Source: Abditibacteriaceae bacterium (GTDB lineage Bacteria; Armatimonadota; Abditibacteriia; Abditibacteriales; Abditibacteriaceae). Taken from it: 64,000 nucleotides of DNA. A program made the translations under genes and the position numbers. The stretch is from positions 1,472,001-1,536,000 of the forward strand of contig OZ255721.1 in assembly GCA_965277285.1 (NCBI GenBank), read 5' to 3'. Positions within the stretch are counted from its first letter, which is position 1. Every line of letters starts with the position of its first letter. Shown here piece after piece: positions 38,767 to 48,054 of the stretch. A model generated the notes under the pieces. It worked only from the letters and a program-made list of their open reading frames with translations. It was not told the DNA's origin and searched no databases.

Positions 38767-40077
38767 ATGGATATACAAAAAGAGAAGCTCCAACTGATAA
38801 TTGAAAATGTTCGTAGTCTGGCTGGTAGGCACGAACCAACTGTCAAACCTTTGACAATAGTCACTGGAGAAAATAGTGCTGGCAAAACAAGCTTTCTTTC
38901 TGTATTCTCCATTATCTCAGATTCTTCATATTTTCCTCTGCGCCCCAGATTTAATGCGGTTCCTTATAATCTGGGCACATTTGAAACCATTGCAACTGTG
39001 AAAGCTGGCAAAAGTGGACGTTCGAGAAGTTTTACAATAGGGTACAAAAAGTCATTAACAGAAGACGTGAAAGAGGTTGTAGCCACTTATATCCCAAGAA
39101 GTGGCCACTCTGAACTCAGTAAGCTGTGTGTAAGTAAATTCGGTGAAAAAGCCACGTTGGAGTGGAACTCTGAAGAGGAGTGCTACGAAGTAGCTCTTGA
39201 GTACAAAGTAAAAAATAAACCCAAGACTTTACAGTTCAAATTAGACATAGGCGCATTGCAGAAAGCCAGTGCGGACCTCACACAAGCGATTCTCATAAGT
39301 TGGATGATGGAGCAAAGAAAGAGAGGAGCGACATTTAACACGGGAGTGGAATTAGTGGAGGTTCTCTATAGGTTATTTGGATCTATAGCTTCTATTAAGT
39401 CTACTTCAGTAGCTCCAATTAGAACAAAGCCGAGAAGGACTTTCGATGATTATAAGGAAACTTATAGTCCAGAAGGTGAACATGTGCCTTTCATAATGAA
39501 CTTGATGCAGTCTGAAAATTCAAATACTGCCAATCTCCTCAAAAATACTTTAGAGAGCTTTGGAGTTGAATCCAAGCTATTCAAAAAAATTGAAATAAAA
39601 AAACTTGGGAAGAAATCAAATAGCCCTATAGAACTGTCCGTAGTTACTTCGGGCAGACCCATGAACCTTTTAGATGTCGGTTATGGTATCAGCCAAGTTT
39701 TGCCCATCATAGTTCAAAGCGTTCTTTCAGAAGACGACTCTTGGTTGCTTCTACAACAACCTGAAGTTCACTTACATCCACGAGCGCAAGCAGCCCTCGG
39801 AAGTATGTTTGTTCGTCTCGTAAAAGATCACAACAAGCACCTTGTGATTGAAACTCATAGCGATTATATTTTGGATCGCGTAAGGCAAGAGGTGGCTGCT
39901 GGAATGCTGTCGCCTGATGAAGTTCAAATCCTGTTTTTTGAGAAAACAGGTGCGGATACACGTATACACGAAATCGGCTTGGACAAACAAGGAAATATAG
40001 TGAATGCTCCTCGCTGCTACAAAACATTCTTTTTAGAAGAGGAACTCAGGACTTTAAAAAGGACAGGTGGTGTATAA
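38767..40077 (+). CDS. ABC/AAA_21-type ATPase, AT-rich
   Basis: Walker A GENSAGKT, signature DVGYGISQVLP, Walker B LLLQQPEVHLHP, IETHS. Confidence 0.85.
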   Translation: MDIQKEKLQLIIENVRSLAGRHEPTVKPLTIVTGENSAGKTSFLSVFSIISDSSYFPLRPRFNAVPYNLGTFETIATVKAGKSGRSRSFTIGYKKSLTEDVKEVVATYIPRSGHSELSKLCVSKFGEKATLEWNSEEECYEVALEYKVKNKPKTLQFKLDIGALQKASADLTQAILISWMMEQRKRGATFNTGVELVEVLYRLFGSIASIKSTSVAPIRTKPRRTFDDYKETYSPEGEHVPFIMNLMQSENSNTANLLKNTLESFGVESKLFKKIEIKKLGKKSNSPIELSVVTSGRPMNLLDVGYGISQVLPIIVQSVLSEDDSWLLLQQPEVHLHPRAQAALGSMFVRLVKDHNKHLVIETHSDYILDRVRQEVAAGMLSPDEVQILFFEKTGADTRIHEIGLDKQGNIVNAPRCYKTFFLEEELRTLKRTGGV

Positions 40078-40518
40078 GTGTGTCTTATAATAGATGTAAA
40101 TATAGCGTCTTTAGTTTTACTACAGCACGATGATCCTGATTTTTGTGATGTCCACAAATTTATATTTACAGGTAACGGCGCGAACGTCGTCCTGTATTAC
40201 TGCGAGCACATGATTTGTGAAAATCATAACACTGCAATCAGAAAGATAATATTAGAATTGGATAGAGCTGGCAGGGCAAAACAATACGATGCAAATGCGG
40301 TGTCTGAAGAAATTGTTAATTTACAGAAGAGCCGATTGTGTTGTTCAAATGATCAACATATCATTGCTCTGGCACGAGTAAGTGGTGCAAGATTGCTCTG
40401 TTCAAGAGACAATAATCTTTCATCTGATTTTACTAATCCACAGATTCTCAATAATCCGCGTGGTAAGGTGTATAAAAAACGGACTCACAAACACTTGCTT
40501 CGTAAACTATGTTCTTGA
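40078..40518 (+). CDS. PIN-domain-like protein, AT-rich
   Basis: IIDVN...SNDQHIIALARVSGARLLCSRDNNL; its GTG directly follows the ATPase TAA. Confidence 0.65.
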   Translation: MCLIIDVNIASLVLLQHDDPDFCDVHKFIFTGNGANVVLYYCEHMICENHNTAIRKIILELDRAGRAKQYDANAVSEEIVNLQKSRLCCSNDQHIIALARVSGARLLCSRDNNLSSDFTNPQILNNPRGKVYKKRTHKHLLRKLCS

Positions 40519-40663
40519 GAAACATAACATTATTACATTAAGGTTTTAACGCATATCGAGTACTCAATCTTCACCAAGCCGCGACATGACAAGTGCGCCG
40601 TGCGTCGCTTATACTGCAACATATATTTCGCAGCCAACGCGAAGCGCAAGCGAGGTCAAGATT

Positions 40664-40792
40664 ATGGGCGATAAATCTCCGAAAGCGACGCAAAAGCAAG
40701 CATCCCAGAAGCAAAGCAAGGACAACAGCGCGCAGAAAAAGAAAACCGACGCGACAAGCGCCAAGCAAGCCGCCGGCAAAGACAAAAAGTGA
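40664..40792 (+). CDS. Small Lys/Gln-rich protein (42 aa)
   Basis: GAGG RBS, MGDKSPKATQKQASQKQSKDNSAQKKKTDATSAKQAAGKDKK, followed by a terminator. Confidence 0.55.
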   Translation: MGDKSPKATQKQASQKQSKDNSAQKKKTDATSAKQAAGKDKK

Positions 40793-40805
40793 TGTTTCAG
40801 CCATG

Positions 40806-40839
40806 AAAAGGACGAATCGAGTACTCGATTCGTCCTTTT
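40806..40839. terminator. Bidirectional terminator-like 34-bp perfect palindrome centred on the iterated 12-mer
   Basis: AAAAGGACGAATCGAGT|ACTCGATTCGTCCTTTT between convergent genes. Confidence 0.7.
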
Positions 40840-40872
40840 TGCTTTCATACACTGCAATTTTATCCGCGTTTC

Positions 40873-42165
40873 TCAGCGATTTTTGCCCGCCACATAATCG
40901 CCTTTGCTGTCCAGACCGACCATCGGCAAAGACGGCGTTTGGCCTGGCAAAGTCGTGTAAGATGATTTTATGGGCACACCGCCGTTATCCACGCCGTCTG
41001 GCCCGATGCTCCACAAAGTATAAGCATTGCCCGACAGTTTGTAGCGCAAAATTTCGCCGCCACCAAATGGATCGGCGGGAACGTGTTTCAGATAATGCGG
41101 AACAAGAGCCGCCAGATTCGGCGGATATGTTTTGTGATCGAGTTGATACGCGTGCAAGCCAAGTGTTGTCAGCCAGAGCGCGTTTCCGGCATCGTTGCGT
41201 GCGAAGCTGGTTAAAATCAGAGGTGAATCAAGAACGATAACTTCGGTTATCGGATCATTGGGCGGCAAAGGTGCTTTTGGCGCCAGATACGGCAAGCGCG
41301 CGTTGGCGATTTGCGTATCATAAACGCGCGCCACATTTTCTGCAACAACGCGTTTCGACAAGGCGAAAATCGTCAAATGCTGAAGCGGAGACAGGATTGG
41401 TGTGAAGGTTTTGCGCCATGAGGGATTATTGTGCATCCCTCGCAATAAAAGAGACAGGCCGAGCCATTTATCTTCCTGCCAGGCGTTCGCTGCCGTGAAG
41501 CGCCGATTGTAAAGCGTTTCCAAACGCCCAATCGCGGCTCGTGTTTGTTCGCTGTTCAAATGATCGGTATCGTCCCAGTCGCCGTGACGACCGATTGCTT
41601 CGACAGCGCTGCCAACCAGGGTTGGCATCAACGGCCCGCCCTGCGCCATATCGTTGCCCAATTGCACGATGTCCAATCGACTTTGCACCGCGCCATTCCA
41701 ATCGCCGCTCATCTCGCGCGTATGAACTTCGATGATTTTCTCGCGCGCCAATTGACGCATCTTTGCCCAGGAACGAAGAGCGAACGGGCTATCCGAACGC
41801 ATATCAGGCGCCAGACACGGCGTTTTTAGCGCAGTTTGAAACAAAGCAAAACCGGCAGCGTTCGATTGAAGCCACGCTCGTCGATTCGCCAGCGAATATT
41901 TTTGCGCGCGGATTTTGGGATCAGTTGGCGGGCTTGCGTCATCAATTTCATCGACATGAGGATTAGCCGTTAGGATCATCTGCGCCGTGCGCACATACAA
42001 GTCAAAGCCGTTGGGCGCAGGCAATTTCGGATACGGCGGAATCGGTACCTGCGGATCGGCATCCAGCGTGCGGCGCCACGCACTTGTCCCGACGATGATT
42101 GCCAGTGCAAAGCTGGTACTCAACAACAATTTTCCAGAGCGTGGTTTTTTCGTCATGTTCGCCAT
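40873..42165 (-). CDS. Membrane-anchored hypothetical protein with GspG-like C-terminal motif
   Basis: N-terminal TM segment; YPPNLAALVP.YLK.VPADPF...YTLWSIGPDGVDNGG. Confidence 0.65.
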   Translation of the reverse strand: MANMTKKPRSGKLLLSTSFALAIIVGTSAWRRTLDADPQVPIPPYPKLPAPNGFDLYVRTAQMILTANPHVDEIDDASPPTDPKIRAQKYSLANRRAWLQSNAAGFALFQTALKTPCLAPDMRSDSPFALRSWAKMRQLAREKIIEVHTREMSGDWNGAVQSRLDIVQLGNDMAQGGPLMPTLVGSAVEAIGRHGDWDDTDHLNSEQTRAAIGRLETLYNRRFTAANAWQEDKWLGLSLLLRGMHNNPSWRKTFTPILSPLQHLTIFALSKRVVAENVARVYDTQIANARLPYLAPKAPLPPNDPITEVIVLDSPLILTSFARNDAGNALWLTTLGLHAYQLDHKTYPPNLAALVPHYLKHVPADPFGGGEILRYKLSGNAYTLWSIGPDGVDNGGVPIKSSYTTLPGQTPSLPMVGLDSKGDYVAGKNR

Positions 42166-42186
42166 AATCGAGTACTCGAACCTGAC

Positions 42187-43605
42187 TTAAACCGTTACGC
42201 CGCGCTCGATTTTCCATTTCGTGCCGTCGGTCGTGTCTTCTAAAACCACGCCCAAAGTTTTCAATTGATCGCGGATTTGGTCGGAGGTTTTCCAGTCGCG
42301 GCGTTCGCGCGCGGCGTTGCGCACACCAATTAAAACGTCCAGCAATTGCGGCGTCAGCGCGTCGCCGATTTCCTGCGCCTTGAAGGTGAAACCCAGCGTT
42401 TCCAGAGCGCGCCGCGCGGCTTGCGCGACTTCAATATCGTGCGTGCGATTCCATTCGCCGACGGCATCGAAAACTGCCGCAATCGCTTCGGGCGTGTTCA
42501 AATCGTCGCTCAAGGCCGCTTCAAATTGTTCGGCAAAATATGCCGCGTGGGAACCATTCGAGTACTCGATAGTCGCCGATTCGGTCGCCGATTCGTGTTC
42601 GAGCAACGCGTTTTCTAATCGCTGCCAGGCGCTTTTCGATTCTTCCAATTTCTTGGAGGAGTAATCCAATGGCGAGCGCGGATGCGTCATCAAAAACAGC
42701 AAGCGCCACACGTTGGCGTCCGCCAATTTGAGCGCGTCGCGCACTGTCAGGAAATTGCCCAGGCTTTTGCTCATCTTGCGGCCTTCAACGCGCAGTTCGC
42801 CGCAATGCCACCAGATTTTGGCGAAACTTTGGCCTTCGCCCAGAAAACTTTCGCTTTGCGCGACTTCATTTTCGTGATGCGGAAACACCAATTCGCGCGC
42901 GCCGCCGTGAATATCGAAGTTTGGTCCCAGAATATTCAACGCCATCGCCGAACATTCGATGTGCCAGCCCGGGCGACCGTTTCCATACGGCGATTCCCAC
43001 GACGGTTCGCCCGCTTTGGCGCCTTTCCACAAAGCGAAATCCAGCGGATCGTCTTTCAGTTCACCGGTCTCAACGCGTGCTCCGGCTTCCAGTTCTTCGG
43101 GTTTCTGGCCGGAAAGTTTGCCGTAATCTTCGTCTTTGGAAACATCGAAATAAACGTCGCCGCCTTTGGCATAAGCGAAACCTTTGTCTTCCAAGCCTTT
43201 GATCAAATCCAAAATCGGGATCATGTTATCCGAGACGCGCGGATATTCATGCGCCGGCAAAATGCCCAGAGCGCGCGTATCGTCCAGCGCTTCATCGGAA
43301 AAGCGCTTCGCCAAAGCCAAAGGTTCCTCGCCAGTTTCGCGCGCGCGATTGATGATTTTGTCTTCGACATCGGTCACGTTTTGGATGTGCTGGACGCGCA
43401 AACCGCGCGTTTCGAGTACTCGACGCAGCACGTCATACGCCATAAAAGCGCGCGCGTGGCCGATATGCAGCGCGTCGTAGGGCGTGACGCCGCAAACGTA
43501 AAGCGAAACCACGCCGGGTTCACGCGGCATCAATTCTTCGCGCGCGCGCGACAGCGTATTTTGCAGAAAAAGTGGGGTAGATAAAGAGAAATTTGAAATA
43601 GACAC
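42187..43605 (-). CDS. cysS: Cysteinyl-tRNA synthetase
   Basis: YVCGVTPYD..HIGH, DFALWK, GRPGWHIEC, FPHHENE, KMSKS. Confidence 0.95.
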   Translation of the reverse strand: MSISNFSLSTPLFLQNTLSRAREELMPREPGVVSLYVCGVTPYDALHIGHARAFMAYDVLRRVLETRGLRVQHIQNVTDVEDKIINRARETGEEPLALAKRFSDEALDDTRALGILPAHEYPRVSDNMIPILDLIKGLEDKGFAYAKGGDVYFDVSKDEDYGKLSGQKPEELEAGARVETGELKDDPLDFALWKGAKAGEPSWESPYGNGRPGWHIECSAMALNILGPNFDIHGGARELVFPHHENEVAQSESFLGEGQSFAKIWWHCGELRVEGRKMSKSLGNFLTVRDALKLADANVWRLLFLMTHPRSPLDYSSKKLEESKSAWQRLENALLEHESATESATIEYSNGSHAAYFAEQFEAALSDDLNTPEAIAAVFDAVGEWNRTHDIEVAQAARRALETLGFTFKAQEIGDALTPQLLDVLIGVRNAARERRDWKTSDQIRDQLKTLGVVLEDTTDGTKWKIERGVTV

Positions 43606-43670
43606 GCGCGCAAGTTTAGCGCAGATGAGCCACGTTGGAGAATCGCAAAACGCACAAACCCCGAGCGCAA

Positions 43671-45215
43671 TTAGAGAACGCGCGGCGCGTCATCAATGCC
43701 GTCGGCGGCCATCGAAAGCCCATCCGATTCCGAGGATGCGTTGTGTTGCGACGATCCGCTGGCTCCGTCTTGAACCGAATTGGCCGCCATAGGGAAAGGT
43801 CGACGCGACAAAACGTCTTGCATCAGCCCTTGCAAATGTTGATGCAACGGCTCATCGGTTTCATCGTGCACGTCTTCATCTTCGGAAAAGACGAACGAGT
43901 ACTCGCTTTCGAGTTCGCCCAGCTGCGCGTTTAGCACATTGGCATTTAGCACATTGGCGTTTAGCGCCGCTGAAGTTTGCGGCGATGCGTCATTGGCAGA
44001 AAGGTTAGCAACTTCAGGATTGGCAGCAGCGAGGATAGAACTCATGGTGCAGGCGCGGCACCAGCGGTCGGCGGCGCGTTCGCCAGTCGCAGCCGTGTTC
44101 GGCATCAGCGCCAGAAAACTCAGGCCCACAAACGGCGCATCGCTGAGCGTGACCACTTTGTCGGCCTTTCGGCAACTGCGACGCATCACAATCGCGGCGC
44201 CTTGCTCGGCTTGAGAACGTTCAGCTTCGTTCAAACGCGATGTCGCTTCGTTCCAGTTGGGAATGACGCACAACAACAAGGCGAATTCGCGCATTGTGCC
44301 ATTGTAGGTCATGTTTTCTTCGATCCAGCGCGACACAGCGCTCCACGCCAAAGGCAACGGCGGTGCGGGCAACGCGGTCTGCACAGGCGCTTCGCTTTCG
44401 ATGATGCGCCGCAGATGTTCGACGCCGCGCTTCACCAAATACGCCGCGTAGTTGACCGAAATTCCCATCTGCCGCGCGATTTCGGTCTTGGAATGCTCGC
44501 CATAATAAAACAAAGTCACGGCGCGCTGTTCCAGGTCGCGCAGTTGTGGAATCGCCGCGTTCAGCGTCAAGCGGTTTTCAACCGAAGTCGAAAGCGGTTC
44601 CAGCGCAGAATCGGTTTCATCGTAAGAATGCAATTTTGGCGCGCCGTTTTCGTCTTCGCTTTCGGTATCCAACGAAGTGACCGCCAAAACGTTGCCAGAA
44701 TCCAGTACGCGACGCACGACGTTCGTTTGCATATCGAGCGCGGAGGCGATTTCTTCTGCTTGCGGGGGACGCCCCAGTTTTTGAGTCAAATCGTCGGTGG
44801 CGCGCAAAATTTGTCCGCGCAATTCGGCGTGCCAGCCAGGTTCATGGATCATCTTGCCCAGGTCGCGCAGATAATGGCGCATTTCGCCAGCGATGAGGTG
44901 ACACGCATACGTCGAAAAACGGACGCCTTTGTCGGGATCGAAGCGATCAACGGCTTTGATCAGGCCGATGCTGCCTTCTTGGAGCAAGTCTTCCAAAGGT
45001 TCGCCAGACGACAGAAAAGTGCGCGCGCAATGATCGACGAGCGACGAATGCAGCAAAACCAGGTAGTCGCGCAAAGGCTGGCGATTGCCGCCGCGCAAGT
45101 CGTCCGCCGCGCCGCGCAAGCGCCGAAAATAATTGGCCACGCTGTCATCGCTGGCACGAACTGAGGGCAAGGGCAATGACGATTCTTGAAACGTTTCGGA
45201 AGGCAAAGTTTCCAT
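43671..45215 (-). CDS. SigB/SigF-type sigma-70 factor with C-terminal degenerate GGDEF-like extension
   Basis: EDLLQEGSIGLIKAVDRFDPDKGVRFSTYA, region 3, region 4 SKTEIARQMGIS, then ~240 extra aa. Confidence 0.8.
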   Translation of the reverse strand: METLPSETFQESSLPLPSVRASDDSVANYFRRLRGAADDLRGGNRQPLRDYLVLLHSSLVDHCARTFLSSGEPLEDLLQEGSIGLIKAVDRFDPDKGVRFSTYACHLIAGEMRHYLRDLGKMIHEPGWHAELRGQILRATDDLTQKLGRPPQAEEIASALDMQTNVVRRVLDSGNVLAVTSLDTESEDENGAPKLHSYDETDSALEPLSTSVENRLTLNAAIPQLRDLEQRAVTLFYYGEHSKTEIARQMGISVNYAAYLVKRGVEHLRRIIESEAPVQTALPAPPLPLAWSAVSRWIEENMTYNGTMREFALLLCVIPNWNEATSRLNEAERSQAEQGAAIVMRRSCRKADKVVTLSDAPFVGLSFLALMPNTAATGERAADRWCRACTMSSILAAANPEVANLSANDASPQTSAALNANVLNANVLNAQLGELESEYSFVFSEDEDVHDETDEPLHQHLQGLMQDVLSRRPFPMAANSVQDGASGSSQHNASSESDGLSMAADGIDDAPRVL

Positions 45216-45301
45216 AAGAAAACCGTATAACAAAAGTCGAGTACTCGAAAGTCGAAAACTCGTCGTTTCAAACGCCTATTTCGGATGCCAGAGAAAACGC
45301 A

Positions 45302-45691
45302 TCAGAAAACGGCGGACGGAGAAGGCGCTGCTTGAAACGCGGCGAGTGAAAGGTAAATAACGACGGCGATGCCCAGTGCAATCAAGGCTGACGCCAAGAC
45401 TATGATACCCCAAAATGGCGGACGGTAATCGTCATTGTCAATAGCGCGACGCGCCAGTATCCAATTTCCCAGTGCAAACGGCATCATTGCCAAGCCAATT
45501 ACCGCAAAGAACAAGCCCAGATGAATCGCGTGCAAGTGCCCATGCACCAAAGTTGTTTGCGGCGTCATCGCACTTAAGCGCACGATAACAACACCAAAAC
45601 CCATCATCGCAACGGAAGTGCGCAGCCACGCCAGAAACGTCCTTTCGTTCGCTAAATGATCGGTGACGTGTCGCGCGCGTTCCATTGCCAC
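45302..45691 (-). CDS. DUF202/YidH membrane protein
   Basis: DHLANERTFLAWLRTS plus three TM segments. Confidence 0.9.
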   Translation of the reverse strand: MAMERARHVTDHLANERTFLAWLRTSVAMMGFGVVIVRLSAMTPQTTLVHGHLHAIHLGLFFAVIGLAMMPFALGNWILARRAIDNDDYRPPFWGIIVLASALIALGIAVVIYLSLAAFQAAPSPSAVF

Positions 45692-45793
45692 AAGTTTAAC
45701 GCGTTTGCGAAATTAAAATATCGCACTCTGCACGATTTGTTTCATTAAGCTTTGTTGGCGCGACAAGTACATTGGCGACCACAAATACAACGC

Positions 45794-47023
45794 TCAACTT
45801 AATTCATCCATCGGCCCGATAGCCACAGTCGCGGCGCGCTCGAACGGCTTGACTTCGAGTACGCGATTGACATCTTCCAGCGAGACATCAAGCAGCAATT
45901 TCAAAGAATCATCCGCCGATTTTTCTTCGCCGCGATACATCCAATCGAAACCGACGGCGCGCAATCGTCCCATCGGCGTTTCCGCGCCCAAAACCGTGCT
46001 CGAAGCCATGCGTCGCTTGGCGCGCTCCACTTCTTCAGCTTTCAAACCGTTCGCGCACGCTTCGCCAATCACATTTTGAAAGACGTTCAAGGCTTCTCCA
46101 GCGCGCGCGGGATCGGCCAGAATGTATCCGTAAAACGTGCCATCGCCGTCGTTACCTTCGTGCCCGATTTGTGCGGCTTCGGCAATTCCCGGATGCACCA
46201 GCGACCAATACAAACGCGAACCATCGCCCGCACCAATCGCTTCGCAGGCGACCGCAGCCGCGTAACGTTTGGGGTCTTGCATCGCGTAGCCAGGTGCCAT
46301 CATCGCAATGTGAGCGCGATTGAACTTGTCGTTGCGCTGCACCTTGATTTGCTTTTCGGGCGAATGAGTACTCGATTCGCGCGGACTGTCGGCTGTGTTC
46401 CAATGGCCGCACAAAGTTTCGATTTGCGCGACCGCCGCGTCCCAATCGTAATCGCCGGTCATCACGAAGGTGAGATTATTGGCGGCGTAGCGGCGCGAAA
46501 AGTATTCGTGCATTTGATCGCGCTGCAGGTTTTTGATGCTGTCACTCGAACCTAAAATGCTGGCGCCCAGCGCGTGATTGCCGAAATAGGTTTCGCGCGC
46601 CAGATCGAAAACCGAAAACTGCGGGCGATCCTGATACATGGCAATTTCTTCCAAAATCACGTTCTTTTCCATGTCGAAATCTTCGTTGCGCAGTGAGGGA
46701 CGCATCATGTCGGAAAGCAAATCGAGCAGGCGATTTTGAAAACGCGGCAGCACGTTGCCGTAATAAACCGTGTTTTCTTCCGATGTGAAAGCGTTGTAGC
46801 GCGCGCCCATTTCATCGAACTCGCGGTTTACGTCTTCAGGACTGCGCTTGTCGCTGCCTTTGAACATCATGTGTTCCAAAAAGTGCGACACGCCATTAAT
46901 TTCCGGCGTTTCGTCGCGCGCGCCGGTTTTGACGAAAAACCCCGCCGCCACGCTGCGCGCGTTGTCCGAATGTTCGCCGACGAGAGTTAAACCATTAGAC
47001 AATTGATGTTTGTGACGTTGCAT
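45794..47023 (-). CDS. M16 family zinc metallopeptidase
   Basis: GVSHFLEHMMFKG, NAFTS, EKNVILEE. Confidence 0.9.
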   Translation of the reverse strand: MQRHKHQLSNGLTLVGEHSDNARSVAAGFFVKTGARDETPEINGVSHFLEHMMFKGSDKRSPEDVNREFDEMGARYNAFTSEENTVYYGNVLPRFQNRLLDLLSDMMRPSLRNEDFDMEKNVILEEIAMYQDRPQFSVFDLARETYFGNHALGASILGSSDSIKNLQRDQMHEYFSRRYAANNLTFVMTGDYDWDAAVAQIETLCGHWNTADSPRESSTHSPEKQIKVQRNDKFNRAHIAMMAPGYAMQDPKRYAAAVACEAIGAGDGSRLYWSLVHPGIAEAAQIGHEGNDGDGTFYGYILADPARAGEALNVFQNVIGEACANGLKAEEVERAKRRMASSTVLGAETPMGRLRAVGFDWMYRGEEKSADDSLKLLLDVSLEDVNRVLEVKPFERAATVAIGPMDELS

Positions 47024-47043
47024 ATTCGAGTACTCCAATTTAC

Positions 47044-47562
47044 TTATTGAGATCGGTAAATGAACCAGCCGTTTTCGATTTCCGAGTAGACAGTTGTGCC
47101 TCTCATTTTAGTTTGGTCGTAGTAAGCGGACGGCACGATTGTCATTGGAATCACAGGTTTTTGCGCCCAAGCGTAGCCGACCGTCCACGACGTGTCAGTG
47201 AATCCGCCAGCAAACACGATAAAACGACAAATATGGTGTTGATAGGCGATTGTATGAACGCCGCTTTGTTCCATTAACGCACGATATTGCACTTGGCGAT
47301 TTTTTGATATATCAACTTCCTTCCACTCATTTTTTCCAGTGATGACGATGTTGCGGCGCCCAAACGTGTCGCCCAAATAAGTCAGATTATCCTGGCGCGC
47401 CATCGAGACGAGAATTTGAAGCACGGCTTTATGTTGACGAAAATTCGCCAGCATTTGAGTTTCGTCGGGTGCGCTTCGAGAGCGGACAAAGAAAAACGCA
47501 ATCAGTGCGAGAACGGCTGGAAGTAACAACAGCAATATCAATCGCTTCGAGCCGCTTCTCAT
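47044..47562 (-). CDS. Membrane-anchored hypothetical protein, paralog of 48055..48594
   Basis: N-terminal TM segment; MLANFRQHK...MARQD...GGFTDTSW..GY.W...VYSEIENGWFIYRS. Confidence 0.65.
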   Translation of the reverse strand: MRSGSKRLILLLLLPAVLALIAFFFVRSRSAPDETQMLANFRQHKAVLQILVSMARQDNLTYLGDTFGRRNIVITGKNEWKEVDISKNRQVQYRALMEQSGVHTIAYQHHICRFIVFAGGFTDTSWTVGYAWAQKPVIPMTIVPSAYYDQTKMRGTTVYSEIENGWFIYRSQ

Positions 47563-47601
47563 GCTCTCAGTTTATCAGCCACTTCGAGTACTCGATGTTC
47601 G

Positions 47602-48021
47602 CTAAATCAACATTGAGGCAATATGACGCGGCAGATTCGTCGCTTCATCAATATCGCCTTCAAACGCTGCGCCATAATACGAGGCATCAACGCGAATTTT
47701 GCCAACGATCTGCGCGTTGAACTCGCCCAATTCTTCGGCTGGAACCCACAATTCCTGCAACGTCGAATTGCCGACAACTTGCACTTCGTAGCGCTTTAGA
47801 AACTCAGTCTCAACATCGAAAGCCGTAACAAAACCGCAAAAGTCGTCGCATTTGGTATTCCATTCGCGTGCGATGCGTTGCGCATAAGCGAAGTTGAGAA
47901 CCGGATACAAGATCGGTTGTTCGAGCAATCGCGGTGGGAAAGTTGTCCATCCACTTTGCGCAATAAGTTCAAGTTCTTTCAAACCGACGGGACGAAAAAG
48001 CGTGGTCGTTTTCTCTGTCAT
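47602..48021 (-). CDS. Conserved-looking hypothetical protein
   Basis: LFRPVGLKELELI..SGW..FPPRL.EQPILYPVLN..YA..IAR.WN...ELWVPAEEL. Confidence 0.7.
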   Translation of the reverse strand: MTEKTTTLFRPVGLKELELIAQSGWTTFPPRLLEQPILYPVLNFAYAQRIAREWNTKCDDFCGFVTAFDVETEFLKRYEVQVVGNSTLQELWVPAEELGEFNAQIVGKIRVDASYYGAAFEGDIDEATNLPRHIASMLI

Positions 48022-48054
48022 GCCAAGAGTTTATCAGGCGCTTCGAGGACTCGA

